64,000 bases of DNA, taken from NCBI RefSeq assembly GCF_018350175.1, contig NC_058373.1, positions 113,772,001 through 113,836,000 of the forward strand. The letters are read 5' to 3'. Position numbers and translations under genes: made by a program. Of this stretch, positions 61,943 to 64,000 are shown piece by piece. The stretch is from Felis catus (lineage: Eukaryota). The number at the start of each line of letters is the position of its first letter. Position 1 is the stretch's first letter. The notes below the pieces were generated by a model. That model did not search any database. It saw only the letters and a program-made list of their open reading frames with translations, and was not told the DNA's origin.

Positions 61943-64000
61943 TTTATTTTTTTTGAGAGAAAAAAATTAAATGTAGTTTTAGACAGTGATTACCTTTCAT
62001 CTGGTTCATCATATTTTATATTCTTATTTGAGGCTGATGAAAATATTTAGAACTTTAACACCTCTGTATCCTAGCCCCAATTTTAATGTACTTCTTAATG
62101 TTGTATTCTGTTTGGTCTTCGGTTGAACAGTATCTCCCCCAATTTCACTTTATACCTTCCCTTCTCCTTAATACTGTCCAGTTCTCATTTGGAAGGTGTA
62201 AGGAAGTGCTTCATCTGTTGTAGAGAAGAGGATGTGGATCCTGTATATTTTCCAATCATTGCATTCTTAACCTATTACATGTACATTTGTGTGGTCCTTA
62301 CTGACTTGACCTGATCATATTGCAAAGTACAAACATATTACTTAAGGAAAGGAGAGCCAGGCACTAATGGTCTTTTTTCATTAGCCAAAGCCCAGTTCAT
62401 AATTTCTGTTTTCTAACTTGGAGAAAAAGAAGTTTAGCTAGATTTAGAGACTTTTCTAAGTCACATAGCAAGAAGCTAAGAACAAGAGTAAGAACCCCTG
62501 CCAAACTATTCCACAAGAATTCATAAGCTTCCAGGCTCAGTTTTACAGTATATAAGTGGTTGCATAGGTTAAGAAAAATAATTTAATCTCCATGTATCCA
62601 AGTTGCACTGGTATCTTCCAAATTTCAAGCGAAGAAAGACCCTTAGAGGAAGAACTTAACAGAATTAAAATTATGTGACCTGAACCATGGTTCCTTTCCC
62701 ATTCAATTATTTCCTTTTAACCACTGATGGCTTTTTGTGCTTGGCTGGGTATGCTAGTCAAGCCTATGTTATGAAAGAGAAATAAGACACTTAATCCTGT
62801 GAATCATTAACCTGCATTGGCCTCCTTTCCCAGTAGCTTGCCCTTCCTGTATGTAGTCTGTTTACTCACTTCTGAGCCAAGTCTCCAAGGTCTCTTATTA
62901 TTGAGTGTAGGGACACCTGGATCACAGGGAGTTGGGCCTTTGTTTTATTCTGACGATGACGTGACTGATTATACAGCTCCAGGCATTTGCATGTTTCAAA
63001 GGCATTTTTAAAGTTTATTGCTTGTGAAAACCTAGTTAGTAAAATATCATTAATTTTTTTTTTTTTTTTTTTTTTTTACCAAATGAGGCTGTTGAACTTA
63101 GGGAAGTTTTGACTTGCCAAAAGCTCCACAACAAGTCAGTGGCAGAATTCAAATGGGTGCACACTCTTATATACTTAGTTCGGTGTCTAACTCATTGAGG
63201 CATATTTTTGTTTTTTACTTATAAATCCAGGTAGGACTGACTTGAGTCATTTGTAGTTAATAAATTTTTGTGTTTGCTCTGTTGCCACTGAAGCCTAGCT
63301 CAGACTTATGAGTATTATATTCTCTGGAAAGAGCTGGAGAAACCTAACCTCAGAAACACAGCAGTCAGTAGGTTCAGTGAGACCTAACCAGGAGATCACC
63401 TTTGGGCTACAGATTTTTCTTCTGTGAGCAGGAAGTCCTCATCAGGATTTTAGAGGTGACAGGAATAGAGTGATTACTCATTGATTTAAATTCCAGGGTC
63501 TGGGCACCTTCTGTGAAATATGAATCCCATGGAATATGCGTGATTTTGTATAAAGGTCTTTAGGACTTGGTGCTGGGGCATCGACTGTCCCAGTTTCTCA
63601 GTAGTGGGAACTTAGAAAAGAAATGACTTTTGCATGGTCATATTGAAGAGCAGAGGCAGAGTATGGGGTAACATCCATGTTTCTTGGCTTCTTTCCTTGG
63701 GCTGTAACCACTAGACTTCATAGATAAATATTTACTCAAGGAAGAATGCTTAGCATTGAAAGAGTGAAGTCTTAAGATGGGTAAGATACACAAAATACTC
63801 CTACATAAGTCATTATATTGACATCTGTGGCCACATATTGGTCCATGAAGGGAAAAGTTCTAGCCACTGAAACCTCAGCCACTAGCAACTTACTCTTTAG
63901 GCCATCTTTGTAATTATGGCACTGACTAGCCCAAGTCTTAGGTTATTTCATCATGATATTTTCAGTATAGCATTGACTATATCAGTGATTAGCAGCTTCC

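Noticed and set aside
1..64000. Naming the host gene
   Set aside because: No recognisable coding exon in the window, so any gene symbol would be a guess.

Overview
AT-rich, CpG-poor mammalian genomic DNA from a felid (domestic cat or close relative). The assignment rests on 18 carnivore tRNA-derived SINEs (Can-SINE, mostly SINEC_Fc-like) and a young feline-type LINE-1 fragment. I found no intact cellular protein-coding exon, tRNA, rRNA, snoRNA or miRNA. The supplied ORFs are L1 ORF2 remnants, SINE/microsatellite read-throughs or chance ORFs. The window is a mosaic of SINEs, L1 fragments of several ages, MaLR LTRs, hAT/Tigger relics, L3, MIR/L2 and microsatellites, with some unique stretches. 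Long L1s are mostly on the minus strand and the best splice-site pairs are on the plus strand, which suggests a large intron of a plus-strand gene that I cannot name. Most notable: a fossil C2H2 zinc-finger array (~1430-1990, minus), a strong 50-nt exon candidate closed in all frames (44788-44837), a FOX/GATA/HNF4-type motif cluster (~52520-52770), a micro-inversion inside a SINE (33575-33597) and a 67-bp templated duplication in an old L1. I cannot support a wholly new biological system. Repeat family names are from recalled consensus sequences, not a search.
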